The notes: generated by a model not told the origin, from the letters alone. 56,510 nucleotides of DNA from Candidatus Omnitrophota bacterium (GCA_023247755.1 JAHFFX010000001.1:1-56510), one strand, 5' to 3'; shown: positions 28,132 through 37,250, counted from the stretch's first letter. Numbers and translations: made by a program.

Positions 28132-30761
28132 GATGGGAATGCCTGTTTAATGATGTCCTTGCCGGCGCTCATTGCTGCCGCGATCTTTTGCGGACTTTTG
28201 CTGCCCGCCTGGGCGAGATCGGGGCGCCCGCCGCCGCTGCCCTCGATCAGCGGCGCCACCTTCTTGACCAGATCATTGGCGCGAATGCCTTTGGCGACCA
28301 GGTCCTCGGTCACGCTGATGAGGATGAACGCGTTATCTTCGTATTGACTGCCCAGCAGGACCACCGAGGGTTTTGCTTTTTGCCGGATCAGGTCCGAGAC
28401 CTGCCGCAGGACGTTGGCGTCCGTGTCGGTAAACGACGCCGTAACGATCTTGGCCCCGTTGACCGATTCGGCCTGGCTGATGAGCGTCTCCACGGAATTG
28501 CGAATGCTTTCGAACTGATATCTCTCCAATTGTTTTTCCAAATGTTTCAGGTGCTTGGCGACCTGGATCGTCCGTTGCACGATTTCCGTTGGGGGAGCTT
28601 TCAAGGTCTGCGCGACTTCTTCAAGCTGGGCTTCCCGGGCCCGGCTGTATTCCCAGGCGCCGGTGCCCGTAACCGCCTCGATGCGCCGGATGCCCTGGGC
28701 GACGGAACTCTCGGAGGTGATCCTAAACAGCCCGATCTGTCCGGTCATCTTCAAATGGGTCCCGCCGCAGAGCTCTTTCGAATAGCCGTCGATGGAAACG
28801 ACCCGCACGCGGTCCTTGTATTTCTCGGCGAAGAACGCCATGGCGCCGGTCTCCTTGGCTTTTTTCAGATCCATCTCTTCTTTTTGAACGGGATCACAAT
28901 TCATGATCTGGGTGTTGATGATGGATTCAATTTGTAAAATTTCATCCCGGCTGACGCCCTTGGGATGCGTAAAGTCGAAGCGCAGGCGGTTCTCATCCAC
29001 GAGCGAACCCTGCTGTTGAACATGATGGCCGAGCACCTGCCGCAGCGCGGCCTGCAGAAGGTGGGTCGCCGTATGGTTGCGCATGATCTTCAAGCGGCGT
29101 TCATCATCGATCTGCGTCTGCACAAGGTCGTCCAACTTGAAAGCGCCCCCCTCAACTTTCCCGGAATGGATGATCACGTCCGCGATCTTCTGCGTGTCGG
29201 TGACCCGGATGACCGCATCGTCCCGGATGATGCTTCCAGTATCCCCTACTTGACCGCCCGATTCGGCGTAAAACGGGGTTTTGTCGAGGACGATCTTTAT
29301 CTCGGCGCCTTGCTTCACCTCTTTGACATCTTCGTTGCCGACAAAGAGCTTGAGGACCTTGCTGGTGCTGACGAATTGTTCGTAACCCAGGAACTGGGTC
29401 TTGGGGACGTTGAGGTTGAGTTGCGCGTCCGCGAACACGTCGCCGGTCATTTTACTTGCGCCTCTGGAACGTTTTTTCTCTTCATCCATACCTTCGTTAA
29501 AAACTTTCTTTGCTGATTCTATATTGCCTGAAGATATTCCTATGTTTTTTGCAGTATCCAGAATGGACATGACTGGTACTCCAAGTGTACTGTAAGAAAA
29601 TAAAATAATTTTTCCAAGTTCTTTTGGATCATCTTGATGGACTCTTAACTTTGGTTCTATCAAGGGAAGTTTTTCTTCAAGTAATTTAATAACAGACTCT
29701 TCAGTGCTTTTTATGATGCTTGAAATGCTGTTGATTTTTGAAGTCAATTCAGGATACGGTCCATTCATTATGTTGATTACTGTTGGGACCAGCTTGTAGA
29801 TAACTGGTTTTTGTATTCCTTTCCTGACAACTATTGATGAGCATTCAACAATAAGTTTTCGTACTACATATCCCCGCCATTCGTTAGAAGGATTTACTCC
29901 GTCGTTTATACCAAAAACAATTGCGCGGATATGATCAGCAATAACCCTTTTTTCTTCTAAGCTAAGGGAATTATTCGTTTCTTCATCAATTAATTTAATA
30001 ATGGGGCCGAATAAATCTGTATCATAATTATTCTTCTTACCTTGTATTACCGCGACCAAGCGCTCGAGACCCATCCCAGTATCGATGTTCTTCGCCGGAA
30101 GCGGTTCGAGAACGCCGCCTTCCTTGCGGTTGAATTGCGTGAAGACGAGGTTCCAGACCTCGGCGAAGCGGCCGCAGTCGCAGGTCGGGTCGCATTTGTC
30201 TTTTTTCGGACAGTCGGGATTGACGCCGAAATCATAGAAGATCTCCGAGCACGGCCCGCAGGGACCGTTAGGGCCTTTTTCTTTGGCCTCGGCGGGCCAG
30301 AAATTGTCCTTGTCGCCGAGCTTGAGGATCCTTTCTTTCGGGAGTCCAATGGTCTTATGCCAGACGTTTTCGGCTTCAGAATCTTCCTTATAGACAGAGA
30401 CCCATAGTTTATCCTTCGGGATTTTGAGCACTTCAGTGAAGAATTCCCAGGCCCATTCGATGGCCTCTTTCTTGAAATAATCGCCGAAGGAGAAGTTCCC
30501 CAGCATCTCAAAGAAGGTGTGGTGGACCGGCGTCTTTCCCACCTTCTCCAGATCATCGGTGCGCAGGCATTTCTGGCTCGAGGCGGCGCGGGTGTAACCC
30601 TCGATGTGCCCCAGGAACTGCCGCTTGAACTGCTGCATGCCGGCGGTGGTGAACAGAACCGTCGGGTCGTCCTTGGGGACAACGGAATCGCTCGCCACGA
30701 TCGTGTGCCCCTTCGCGGCGAAGAATTCCAGGAATTTTTTTCGAACTTCGTTGGCGGTCAT
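28128..30761 (-). CDS. alaS: alanine--tRNA ligase
   Basis: 877 aa. It has a class II catalytic core (FTTAGMQQFK, HHTFFEMLGNFSFGDYFK, NIDTGMGLERL), an editing domain (HTATHLL, ..CGGTH) and a C-terminal DHHA1-like C-Ala domain. It contains a compositionally aberrant central segment (see findings). Confidence 0.97.
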   Translation of the reverse strand: MTANEVRKKFLEFFAAKGHTIVASDSVVPKDDPTVLFTTAGMQQFKRQFLGHIEGYTRAASSQKCLRTDDLEKVGKTPVHHTFFEMLGNFSFGDYFKKEAIEWAWEFFTEVLKIPKDKLWVSVYKEDSEAENVWHKTIGLPKERILKLGDKDNFWPAEAKEKGPNGPCGPCSEIFYDFGVNPDCPKKDKCDPTCDCGRFAEVWNLVFTQFNRKEGGVLEPLPAKNIDTGMGLERLVAVIQGKKNNYDTDLFGPIIKLIDEETNNSLSLEEKRVIADHIRAIVFGINDGVNPSNEWRGYVVRKLIVECSSIVVRKGIQKPVIYKLVPTVINIMNGPYPELTSKINSISSIIKSTEESVIKLLEEKLPLIEPKLRVHQDDPKELGKIILFSYSTLGVPVMSILDTAKNIGISSGNIESAKKVFNEGMDEEKKRSRGASKMTGDVFADAQLNLNVPKTQFLGYEQFVSTSKVLKLFVGNEDVKEVKQGAEIKIVLDKTPFYAESGGQVGDTGSIIRDDAVIRVTDTQKIADVIIHSGKVEGGAFKLDDLVQTQIDDERRLKIMRNHTATHLLQAALRQVLGHHVQQQGSLVDENRLRFDFTHPKGVSRDEILQIESIINTQIMNCDPVQKEEMDLKKAKETGAMAFFAEKYKDRVRVVSIDGYSKELCGGTHLKMTGQIGLFRITSESSVAQGIRRIEAVTGTGAWEYSRAREAQLEEVAQTLKAPPTEIVQRTIQVAKHLKHLEKQLERYQFESIRNSVETLISQAESVNGAKIVTASFTDTDANVLRQVSDLIRQKAKPSVVLLGSQYEDNAFILISVTEDLVAKGIRANDLVKKVAPLIEGSGGGRPDLAQAGSKSPQKIAAAMSAGKDIIKQAFPS

Positions 30762-30787
30762 GGCTTTGTTGGTATTTCTTTAATTTA

Positions 30788-30844
30788 GGGTCACCAGTCA
30801 CCGGTCACCAGGTCACCAGATAATTTTCGGGTGACTTTGTGACC
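30788..30844. promoter_or_regulatory. cluster of GGTNACC-type repeats between recX stop and alaS start
   Basis: Plus strand: gGGTCACCaGTCACCGGTCACCAGGTCACCag -11 nt- GGTGACtttGTGACC. That is four tandem copies plus two inverted copies. It lies 27-83 nt upstream of the alaS ATG. Confidence 0.6.
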
Positions 30845-30856
30845 TCTTCCAAAGTT

Positions 30857-31327
30857 TTAAATCTTTCTTATCGCTTTCTGAATCGCTTCCACCGAAAACC
30901 CCCGCCTGGCCAGAAAGTCGAACAGGCGTTTCTTTCTCTTGAGCGGTTCCAGTCCTTGGTAACGACCCAAGCGTTTCTTGATCACTACGCTGATGAGCGC
31001 GGCCTCATCCAGGTCTTCCGCGGCCAGCGCCAATTCCTCCCGGAGGATGTCTTCGCTCACGCCTTTCTGTCGCAGCTCGAGGCGGATCCTGGTGAGTCCA
31101 AAGGGTTTGTTCAGGCGGGATTTGATCCACCAGCGCGTGAACGCCGCATCGTCCACGAACGAATGCGTCCTCAGGAATGATAATGTTCCTTCAACGATCT
31201 CCGGCGGGAAATTCTTTCGCGCCAGGCGTTCCCGGATCTCCGCCTCGCTGCGTTGCCGCACTTTGAGGAGCCGAAAGGCCGCCGTTTGGGCGCGGATGAG
31301 GAGTTCTTTGGGATCCAGCGAACCCAT
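30857..31327 (-). CDS. recX: recombination regulator RecX
   Basis: 156 aa with three-repeat helical architecture, RQRSEAEIRERLARKNFPPEIVEGTLSFLRTHSFVDDAAF and LELRQKGV. Confidence 0.85.
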   Translation of the reverse strand: MGSLDPKELLIRAQTAAFRLLKVRQRSEAEIRERLARKNFPPEIVEGTLSFLRTHSFVDDAAFTRWWIKSRLNKPFGLTRIRLELRQKGVSEDILREELALAAEDLDEAALISVVIKKRLGRYQGLEPLKRKKRLFDFLARRGFSVEAIQKAIRKI

Positions 31328-31330
31328 CGC

Positions 31331-32830
31331 TTAGCGCTCTTTGACCACGTAAAATCCCCGCGGGGTTCGCAGCAGACAATCGCCGGAGGCTTTTTTGATC
31401 TGGGTGTTGAACTCTTTAAGGCTTTTGACCGGGACCTTATTGATGCTGGTGATGATCTCAGCTTTGCGCAGACCCGCTTCCTCGGCCGGCGAACCTTTGT
31501 CGACCTCAACGATGATGACCCCGGAGATCCCGGCCAGCATTCTTGAGGTTCGGGCAGCCGCGGGGATCTCTTTGATCGTCAACCCCCGCCAAGCGATCTT
31601 GTCCGACTTGAGCTCTTCTTCCTCCTCTTTCTTTTTCGGCGAAGAAGGAACTATGATCCTACCGCTGGCGTCCAAGGTCGGACGTTGCGCGGTCTTGATG
31701 GCCAATCCCTGGGTCTTCTTATCCCGCCAGACCTGCAGCTTGAGCTCTTTTTCCGCCTGCATCCCGCCGATCAGTTTGATCAGCGCAATGGTGTTCTTGA
31801 TGGGTTTCCCGTCGATGGATAGGATCACGTCGCCGTCCTTTAGGCCGCCCTGGTCGGCTGGACCTCCCAAAAGGACCTTATTGACCAGAACTCCTTCGGT
31901 GCTGGGCCTGCCGAAATACTGGGCCAGCCGGTCACTCACATCCTGCACGCTTACGCCGATCCAGCCGTATTCGATCTTTTTCCCTTCCACCAGGTGCGAC
32001 ACGATGCGCTGGGCCACGTTGCTGGGGATGGTGAAGCCGATCCCCTGATAGCCCCCCGACGTTGAAAAAATGGCGACGTTGATGCCGATGACCTGGCCGT
32101 TCAGATTAACGAGCGGCCCTCCGGAATTCCCCGGATTGATGGCCGCGTCCGTTTGGATGAGGTCGGTGTAATCCGTATCTCCCCGGTGGTTCCCGCCGGG
32201 CAGGTTGCGGTGAAGCGCGCTCACCACCCCCGTCGTCACGGCCGGTTCGGAATTGGCAAGGATGTAGCCGAAGGGATAGCCGATGGCAACGACCCACTGA
32301 CCGATCTTGAGTGGATCGGAGTCGCCCAATTCCGCGAAAGGCAGGTTCGGCGCGTCGATCTTGATCACGGCCAGATCCGAACGTGGATCGGTGCCCTTAA
32401 CGGTGCCCAAAAATTCCCTTCCATCGGCAAGTGTCACAGTGAGCTTGTCCGTGTCGCGCACCACATGTTCATTGGTGAGAATGTGACCCTGGCCATCAAT
32501 GATGACGCCGGAACCCAGGGAGTGGCGGTGCAATTCCCGTTCGGGCACTTCGCCGAAAAAATCGGCGAAGAATTGGTCGAGGAGATCATCCTCGAAAGGG
32601 CTGCCGTAGGACGGCGGGTACATCTGGACATGTTCGATCTTCTCCGACTGGATGGAAACGACGGCGGGGCTCACTTTCGCCGCTACCGTCTCGATGGCGG
32701 TGGTGAGCTCCGGCTCGCTTCCGGCGGGATCGATACCGGCGGAGGATCCGGAAGATGCAAGACCCTCCAACAGCAGGAACACCAGGGCGATGAGAACCGG
32801 TTTTCTCAAATAAGCGGACGGCTTCAACAT
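31331..32830 (-). CDS. htrA: HtrA/DegP-family periplasmic serine protease with two PDZ domains
   Basis: Start refined to MLKPSAYLRKPVLIALVFLL (ATG at 32830, AAGGGA upstream; the longer ORF would overlap recA by 119 nt). The catalytic triad contexts are TNEHVV, D..DLAVIKI and GNSGGPLVN. Confidence 0.92.
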   Translation of the reverse strand: MLKPSAYLRKPVLIALVFLLLEGLASSGSSAGIDPAGSEPELTTAIETVAAKVSPAVVSIQSEKIEHVQMYPPSYGSPFEDDLLDQFFADFFGEVPERELHRHSLGSGVIIDGQGHILTNEHVVRDTDKLTVTLADGREFLGTVKGTDPRSDLAVIKIDAPNLPFAELGDSDPLKIGQWVVAIGYPFGYILANSEPAVTTGVVSALHRNLPGGNHRGDTDYTDLIQTDAAINPGNSGGPLVNLNGQVIGINVAIFSTSGGYQGIGFTIPSNVAQRIVSHLVEGKKIEYGWIGVSVQDVSDRLAQYFGRPSTEGVLVNKVLLGGPADQGGLKDGDVILSIDGKPIKNTIALIKLIGGMQAEKELKLQVWRDKKTQGLAIKTAQRPTLDASGRIIVPSSPKKKEEEEELKSDKIAWRGLTIKEIPAAARTSRMLAGISGVIIVEVDKGSPAEEAGLRKAEIITSINKVPVKSLKEFNTQIKKASGDCLLRTPRGFYVVKER

Positions 32831-32840
32831 GAAGTTCCCT

Positions 32841-33911
32841 TTATCGTTTAATCCCCACTTTATCCAGGATCTGTTTTTCGATGCGGTTGGCGATCTTGGG
32901 GTTCTCCTGAAGATATTTGCGGGCGGATTCCCGGCCTTGCCCGATCTTCTCGTTCTCAAAGGAAAGCCAGGCGCCGCTCTTCTGGATGATCTCCGCTTTG
33001 GTGCCCTGGTCCAGGATGTCGCTGGTGCGCGAAATGCCTTCGTTGAAGATGATCTCGAACTCCGCGTCCTTGAACGGGGGTGCCACCTTGTTCTTGACGA
33101 CCTTGGCCTTCACCCGGTTGCCGATGATCTCTTCTCCTACTTTAATGGATTCGATCTTGCGCAACTCGAGCCGCACCGAGGCGTAGAACTTGAGGGCCCT
33201 TCCGCCCGTCGTGGTCTCGGGATTGCCGAACATGACCCCGATCTTCATGCGGATCTGGTTGATGAAGATGACACAGGTCTTGGATTTGCTGATGGCGGCG
33301 GTGAGTTTGCGCAAGGCCTGCGACATGAGCCTGGCGTGCAGTCCCATGTGTGAATCTCCCATCTCGCCTTCGATCTCGGCGCGCGGCGTGAGGGCGGCGA
33401 CCGAGTCGATGACGATCAGATCCACAGCGTTCGAACGGACCAGGGTCTCGGCGATCTCGAGCGCCTGCTCCCCCGTGTCGGGTTGGGAAATAAGAAGATC
33501 GTCCAGTTTCACGCCCACGGTCCTGGCGTAATTGGAATCAAAGGCGTGCTCCGCGTCGATGAACGCGGCCACCCCTCCCGTTTTCTGAATTTGCGAAATA
33601 ACGCTCAAGGTAAGGGTCGTTTTGCCGGAGGATTCCTGACCATAGATCTCAACGATCCTGCCGCGCGGCAGCCCTCCCACCCCCAGCGCGGTGTCCAGAC
33701 TGATCGCGCCGGTCGCAATGACGGGGATGTTGACGTTAACGCTCCCATCGAGCTTCATGATCGAACCTTTCCCGAACTGTTTTTCGATCTGGGCCAGGGC
33801 CAGCTCCAGCGCCTTCTGTTTTTGCGAGCCTTGGGGGTTCTGCTGAATTTCCACGGCTTTTTCGGTGGACTTTTCGGTGGATTTTTCCTGGGATCTCTTG
33901 TGTTCAGCCAT
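32841..33911 (-). CDS. recA: recombinase RecA
   Basis: Start refined to [10 protein letters not shown] (ATG at 33911 with GAAGGAG 8 nt upstream; the ORF-track start at 33947 is a TTG). Walker A is [10 protein letters not shown], and the protein contains [25 protein letters not shown] and [33 protein letters not shown]. Confidence 0.97.
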   Translation of the reverse strand: MAEHKRSQEKSTEKSTEKAVEIQQNPQGSQKQKALELALAQIEKQFGKGSIMKLDGSVNVNIPVIATGAISLDTALGVGGLPRGRIVEIYGQESSGKTTLTLSVISQIQKTGGVAAFIDAEHAFDSNYARTVGVKLDDLLISQPDTGEQALEIAETLVRSNAVDLIVIDSVAALTPRAEIEGEMGDSHMGLHARLMSQALRKLTAAISKSKTCVIFINQIRMKIGVMFGNPETTTGGRALKFYASVRLELRKIESIKVGEEIIGNRVKAKVVKNKVAPPFKDAEFEIIFNEGISRTSDILDQGTKAEIIQKSGAWLSFENEKIGQGRESARKYLQENPKIANRIEKQILDKVGIKR

Positions 33912-34041
33912 AGGTGTCGCTCCTTCTGTTGACTTGCGTTTGGACAATTTATATTAAAGTTTTGGGAGAAAACGAACGCGGAGGTAAGGGTCTTTCCTAA
34001 TGAATAATATTAATTAAATAAAGGTCTATTAAAGAGAGGTT

Positions 34042-34080
34042 ATTATAAAAGAGATGGTCCCCCTTGTCAATAAATTATAG
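34042..34080 (-). promoter_or_regulatory. consensus sigma70 promoter upstream of recA (TTGACA-17 nt-TATAAT)
   Basis: Minus strand TTGACA (34080-34075), a 17-nt spacer aggggg accatctcttt, then TATAAT (34047-34042). Both hexamers and the spacing are perfect. The predicted 5' UTR is ~120 nt and AT-rich. Confidence 0.6.
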
Positions 34081-34152
34081 CCGGAGAAAAGACCTTTAAC
34101 TTATTGATAAGTAAGCAGTTAAGTCTTGCCAAAGATAATGGAGCGGGGATGG

Positions 34153-35979
34153 CTACGGTGCCACCGGATTAATGATCGGGGAGAATTTCTGGCGGGAACC
34201 TTCCAGGTAGGGAGCGATGTAATCCCGGAGGATCGGTTTTATGCCGACGGTCGCCTCATAGTGCTCAGCCGCCTCTTCGAACTTTCCCTGGGTTTGAAGG
34301 AGGACGCCCATCCGGAAATGGGCGTCATAACTTCCGGGGGATAGATCCAGCACCCGTTGGTAGTAAGCTATCGCTTCATCGACCTCGTTCATTCTATCCA
34401 GAGAATACGCCAGGTTGTAGAGGGCATCGATGTTCTGCGGCATGAGGACGACCGTTTTCTGATAATATTCGACGGCTTTCTGATAATCCTTGTCCGCGAA
34501 ATAGGTGTTGCCGATATCGCACAGCGTCAAGGGATCATCGGGAGCGATCTGCAGCGTCTGCAGGTACTCTTCCCGGGCTTTGGCGGCCTCCCCTCTCTGG
34601 AAATACACCGTTCCGGCCCGGGAATGCTGGATGAAATCGACCACTTTCTGGTCGAAGAAGACCGGCCGGAAAATGAACATCATCATGAACACGCATCCGC
34701 CCACGATGCCCAGCGCGCGGTAATCCTTCATTTTTATCTGCTGCCACAGCCACCCAAGCGTATAGGATTCGAATAAAATGAGGAAGGGCAGGACCGAGGC
34801 CCGATGCCGGTGGGTCAAAAAGAAAATCAGGGTCATTATGAACTGACTCAAGATCAGCAGGATCGGGTAGACGGTATGCGGATAGATGCGACTGGCGAAG
34901 ATCATCCCGATGATGCCCAGCGGAGCGATCAGCAGATAGTGATTGAGGTCGAGGAGGTTCTTGAAAAACCGCTGCTGTAAAAGATCGAGGTCATAAGCGG
35001 CCTCGTTTTCCGTCCAGAAGGCCAGGAACTTCCGGCGCAGCAGGTCGAGATAGTCTCCCGGGTGCCGAGCTATGAAATTCAATCCCTCCTTCATCCAGAA
35101 CCCGGACACCTCGGAGGGTTTGAGCCGGCGTTTTAAGTTCATTTCGGCGATGATCTGCTGGTCCTCATCTTGTCCATCATGGGTGGGTCGCAAGAACAGG
35201 GGATGTTCATAGAACCCGCTGGCCTGCGGATTGTTCCCCACAAAAAAGCTCAGTCCCGACTGGGCGCTGACCGCGACCCAGTCCCCCCCGATGATCCGGT
35301 TGCGCAGGGCGGTGGCGCTCAGCACGACCGCCATCCCGATGAGAAAGGGTACGAGGATGAAAGGCCGGACCACGTACATTTCCCTTCTGAATTTCCAGGC
35401 GAGATAAAGGACCAGCAGGATCGCGAAGAACAGGAATTTCCCATCACCCAGGGTCATGATCCCGGTCAGCGTTCCCAGCAGGAACCAGCTCCGCTTGTCC
35501 TTTTTAAATTCCAGGTCCAAAATATTCTGGAGAATGAAGAGGCTGGCGGCGATGATCAGCGTCACCGGCATCATGAGCCAGTCGTAATGGATGAGATTGA
35601 AGTTGACCGCGCACAGGATGCCGGCCAGGCGTGCGACCTTCTCATCCATGAGCGAGCGCCCCAGCCGATACAAGAGCACGCAGTTCGCCGCGCCCAGCAG
35701 GACATTGACCAGGCGGATCAGGAACAATTGCCCGCCGCAAACCAGTTTGAGGACGGCCAGATAATACGGATAAAGCGGCAACCCGAAGAAGACCGAAGGC
35801 GGCCGGTTGCGGGCCAGGATGTCCTGCGCCCAGTTGAGGTAGTATTCGACGTCGCTGGCGGGATTTTCGTAGAAGAAATAGTAGGTCTTGACGGCCCACC
35901 AGTAAGCCAGCCGCAGGCCCAGGGCCAGCAGGAATAATTTGACGGGGAACGGGATCTGCGAAAGGAAGTTCTTTTTCAT
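34153..35979 (-). CDS. GT-C-type (ArnT/PMT, GT39/GT83-like) membrane glycosyltransferase fused to C-terminal TPR repeats
   Basis: 608 aa with ~12 TM helices in the first ~440 aa and a PMT/ArnT-like N-terminal layout, followed by 4-5 TPR units (..AREEYLQTLQIAPDDP.., ..KAVEYYQKTVVLMPQN.., ..EAIAYYQRVLDLSPGS..). Confidence 0.55.
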   Translation of the reverse strand: MKKNFLSQIPFPVKLFLLALGLRLAYWWAVKTYYFFYENPASDVEYYLNWAQDILARNRPPSVFFGLPLYPYYLAVLKLVCGGQLFLIRLVNVLLGAANCVLLYRLGRSLMDEKVARLAGILCAVNFNLIHYDWLMMPVTLIIAASLFILQNILDLEFKKDKRSWFLLGTLTGIMTLGDGKFLFFAILLVLYLAWKFRREMYVVRPFILVPFLIGMAVVLSATALRNRIIGGDWVAVSAQSGLSFFVGNNPQASGFYEHPLFLRPTHDGQDEDQQIIAEMNLKRRLKPSEVSGFWMKEGLNFIARHPGDYLDLLRRKFLAFWTENEAAYDLDLLQQRFFKNLLDLNHYLLIAPLGIIGMIFASRIYPHTVYPILLILSQFIMTLIFFLTHRHRASVLPFLILFESYTLGWLWQQIKMKDYRALGIVGGCVFMMMFIFRPVFFDQKVVDFIQHSRAGTVYFQRGEAAKAREEYLQTLQIAPDDPLTLCDIGNTYFADKDYQKAVEYYQKTVVLMPQNIDALYNLAYSLDRMNEVDEAIAYYQRVLDLSPGSYDAHFRMGVLLQTQGKFEEAAEHYEATVGIKPILRDYIAPYLEGSRQKFSPIINPVAP

Positions 35980-36713
35980 GAACGAAAATGGATCATGGCG
36001 GCGGCCGTTACTGTTATGGCGGCCGTGTCCACTTTAAGGACCTGGCGTCCGAGACTGATCGGGGCCGCCCCCTTTTTTTGGGCCAGTTCGACCTCCCGGT
36101 CCGTGAAATCGCCTTCCGGCCCGATGAAGAAGGTGAGCGTTTTGGGGTTGGAAAGTTTTTGCAGGGCTGTTCTGAGGTGGTGTTTTTTCTCGCCCAAGGT
36201 CGGAATGAAGGCCGCGCCATCATCGGGCAATGAGCCCACCGCTTCGGCAAAGGAGCAGATCGTGCGAATGCGGGGAACGGTGTTCCTCGCGGATTGTTTG
36301 GCGGCGTTGACGGCGACGGAGCGGTAACGTTCGGTCTTTCTTGCGATCTGTTCTTTCGGGACCTTGATGACGGTCCGCTCGGTCGTCAGCGGAATGATCT
36401 CATCCACTCCCAGCTCGGTGCATTTTTCGATGATGGTCTCGAATTTGGACTTTTTGGGTATGGCGCAGGCCAGGACGATCCGGGGTTGTGCAGTGGGCTC
36501 CACTTCGACCCTGCCGATCTGAAAGACCACTCTGGCGGGTTCGATCTTCAGGATGGTGGCCGGGGCCTGTTGCCCTTCCCCATCGAAAAGGGTCACGGCA
36601 TCGCCTTTTTTCAGCCTCAGGACATCCTTGAGGTGATGAATTTCCTGTGCGTCGGAGATCTCTCCTTGGTGAGGATTCTTAGCGAAAGCTTGAGGGAGAT
36701 AAAAACGATGCAT
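35976..36713 (-). CDS. rsmE: 16S rRNA (uracil1498-N3)-methyltransferase
   Basis: 245 aa with MHRFYLPQ..., a PUA-like N-terminal domain and the SPOUT C-terminal motif FFIGPEGDFTDREV. Confidence 0.88.
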   Translation of the reverse strand: MHRFYLPQAFAKNPHQGEISDAQEIHHLKDVLRLKKGDAVTLFDGEGQQAPATILKIEPARVVFQIGRVEVEPTAQPRIVLACAIPKKSKFETIIEKCTELGVDEIIPLTTERTVIKVPKEQIARKTERYRSVAVNAAKQSARNTVPRIRTICSFAEAVGSLPDDGAAFIPTLGEKKHHLRTALQKLSNPKTLTFFIGPEGDFTDREVELAQKKGAAPISLGRQVLKVDTAAITVTAAAMIHFRS

Positions 36714-36742
36714 GCGGGAAGCAGTATTTAAATCGAAAGGGT

Positions 36743-37159
36743 TTATTGAACCGCGCCAAAGTTGTCCGTGCCTCCCCGGGTGACCGCGGATCCGTCAAAG
36801 TTGAGCCACATTGTACTGAACCCATCCCCACCGTTGATGGTGTTACGGGTCGCGGTGATCGTGTATGCTATGTCCGCGGAGTCGATCAAGTAGGTGAAAT
36901 GGCTGCCGGGCGTGAGGCTCGGGTCTTCCACGTCCAAGGTGGTAAAGTCGGAACAGGGCCCGGTGAAGCTGACCCGCATGAGGTAACAGCGTTCCATGGA
37001 TTGGCGGATGGTGGCGATCGCGTACATCGCTTCCACCCCCCGAGCGTATTCTATCGTGCTGAAAAAACGGGGCATGGCGAGGCTCGCCAGTACGCCAATG
37101 ATGATGATGACAATCATCACTTCCAAAAGCGTGAAGCCTTTGTGATTGGTTGATCTCAT
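36743..37159 (-). CDS. type IV pilin / pseudopilin, major-pilin paralog 2
   Basis: 138 aa with the prepilin signal MRSTNHKG|FTLLEVMIVIIIIGVLASLAMP (Gly-1, Phe+1, Glu+5). It matches the pilin at 39760-40176 at 99/138 positions in a gapless by-eye alignment. Confidence 0.9.
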   Translation of the reverse strand: MRSTNHKGFTLLEVMIVIIIIGVLASLAMPRFFSTIEYARGVEAMYAIATIRQSMERCYLMRVSFTGPCSDFTTLDVEDPSLTPGSHFTYLIDSADIAYTITATRNTINGGDGFSTMWLNFDGSAVTRGGTDNFGAVQ

Positions 37160-37250
37160 TCCCCTTATCCATGTCAGAAAAAGTAAATTCTCTAGGTTGT
37201 CTGGGTTTCGGACGCTGCTGCAGGAATGGAAAATACTCCATTCTAATTAA

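Noticed and set aside
30788-30844. The short tandem repeats (GGTCACC array, the 10-nt repeats at 48128-48157, the CCAAA palindrome at 18922-19054) as possible CRISPR arrays.
   Set aside because: The repeat units are 7-18 nt with no unique spacers of CRISPR size, and no cas genes are present.
33948-34152. The AT-rich 205-nt gap upstream of recA as an insertion scar or mobile-element remnant.
   Set aside because: It is adequately explained as a promoter plus 5' UTR (perfect -35/-10 hexamers). No terminal inverted repeats or target duplications were seen.
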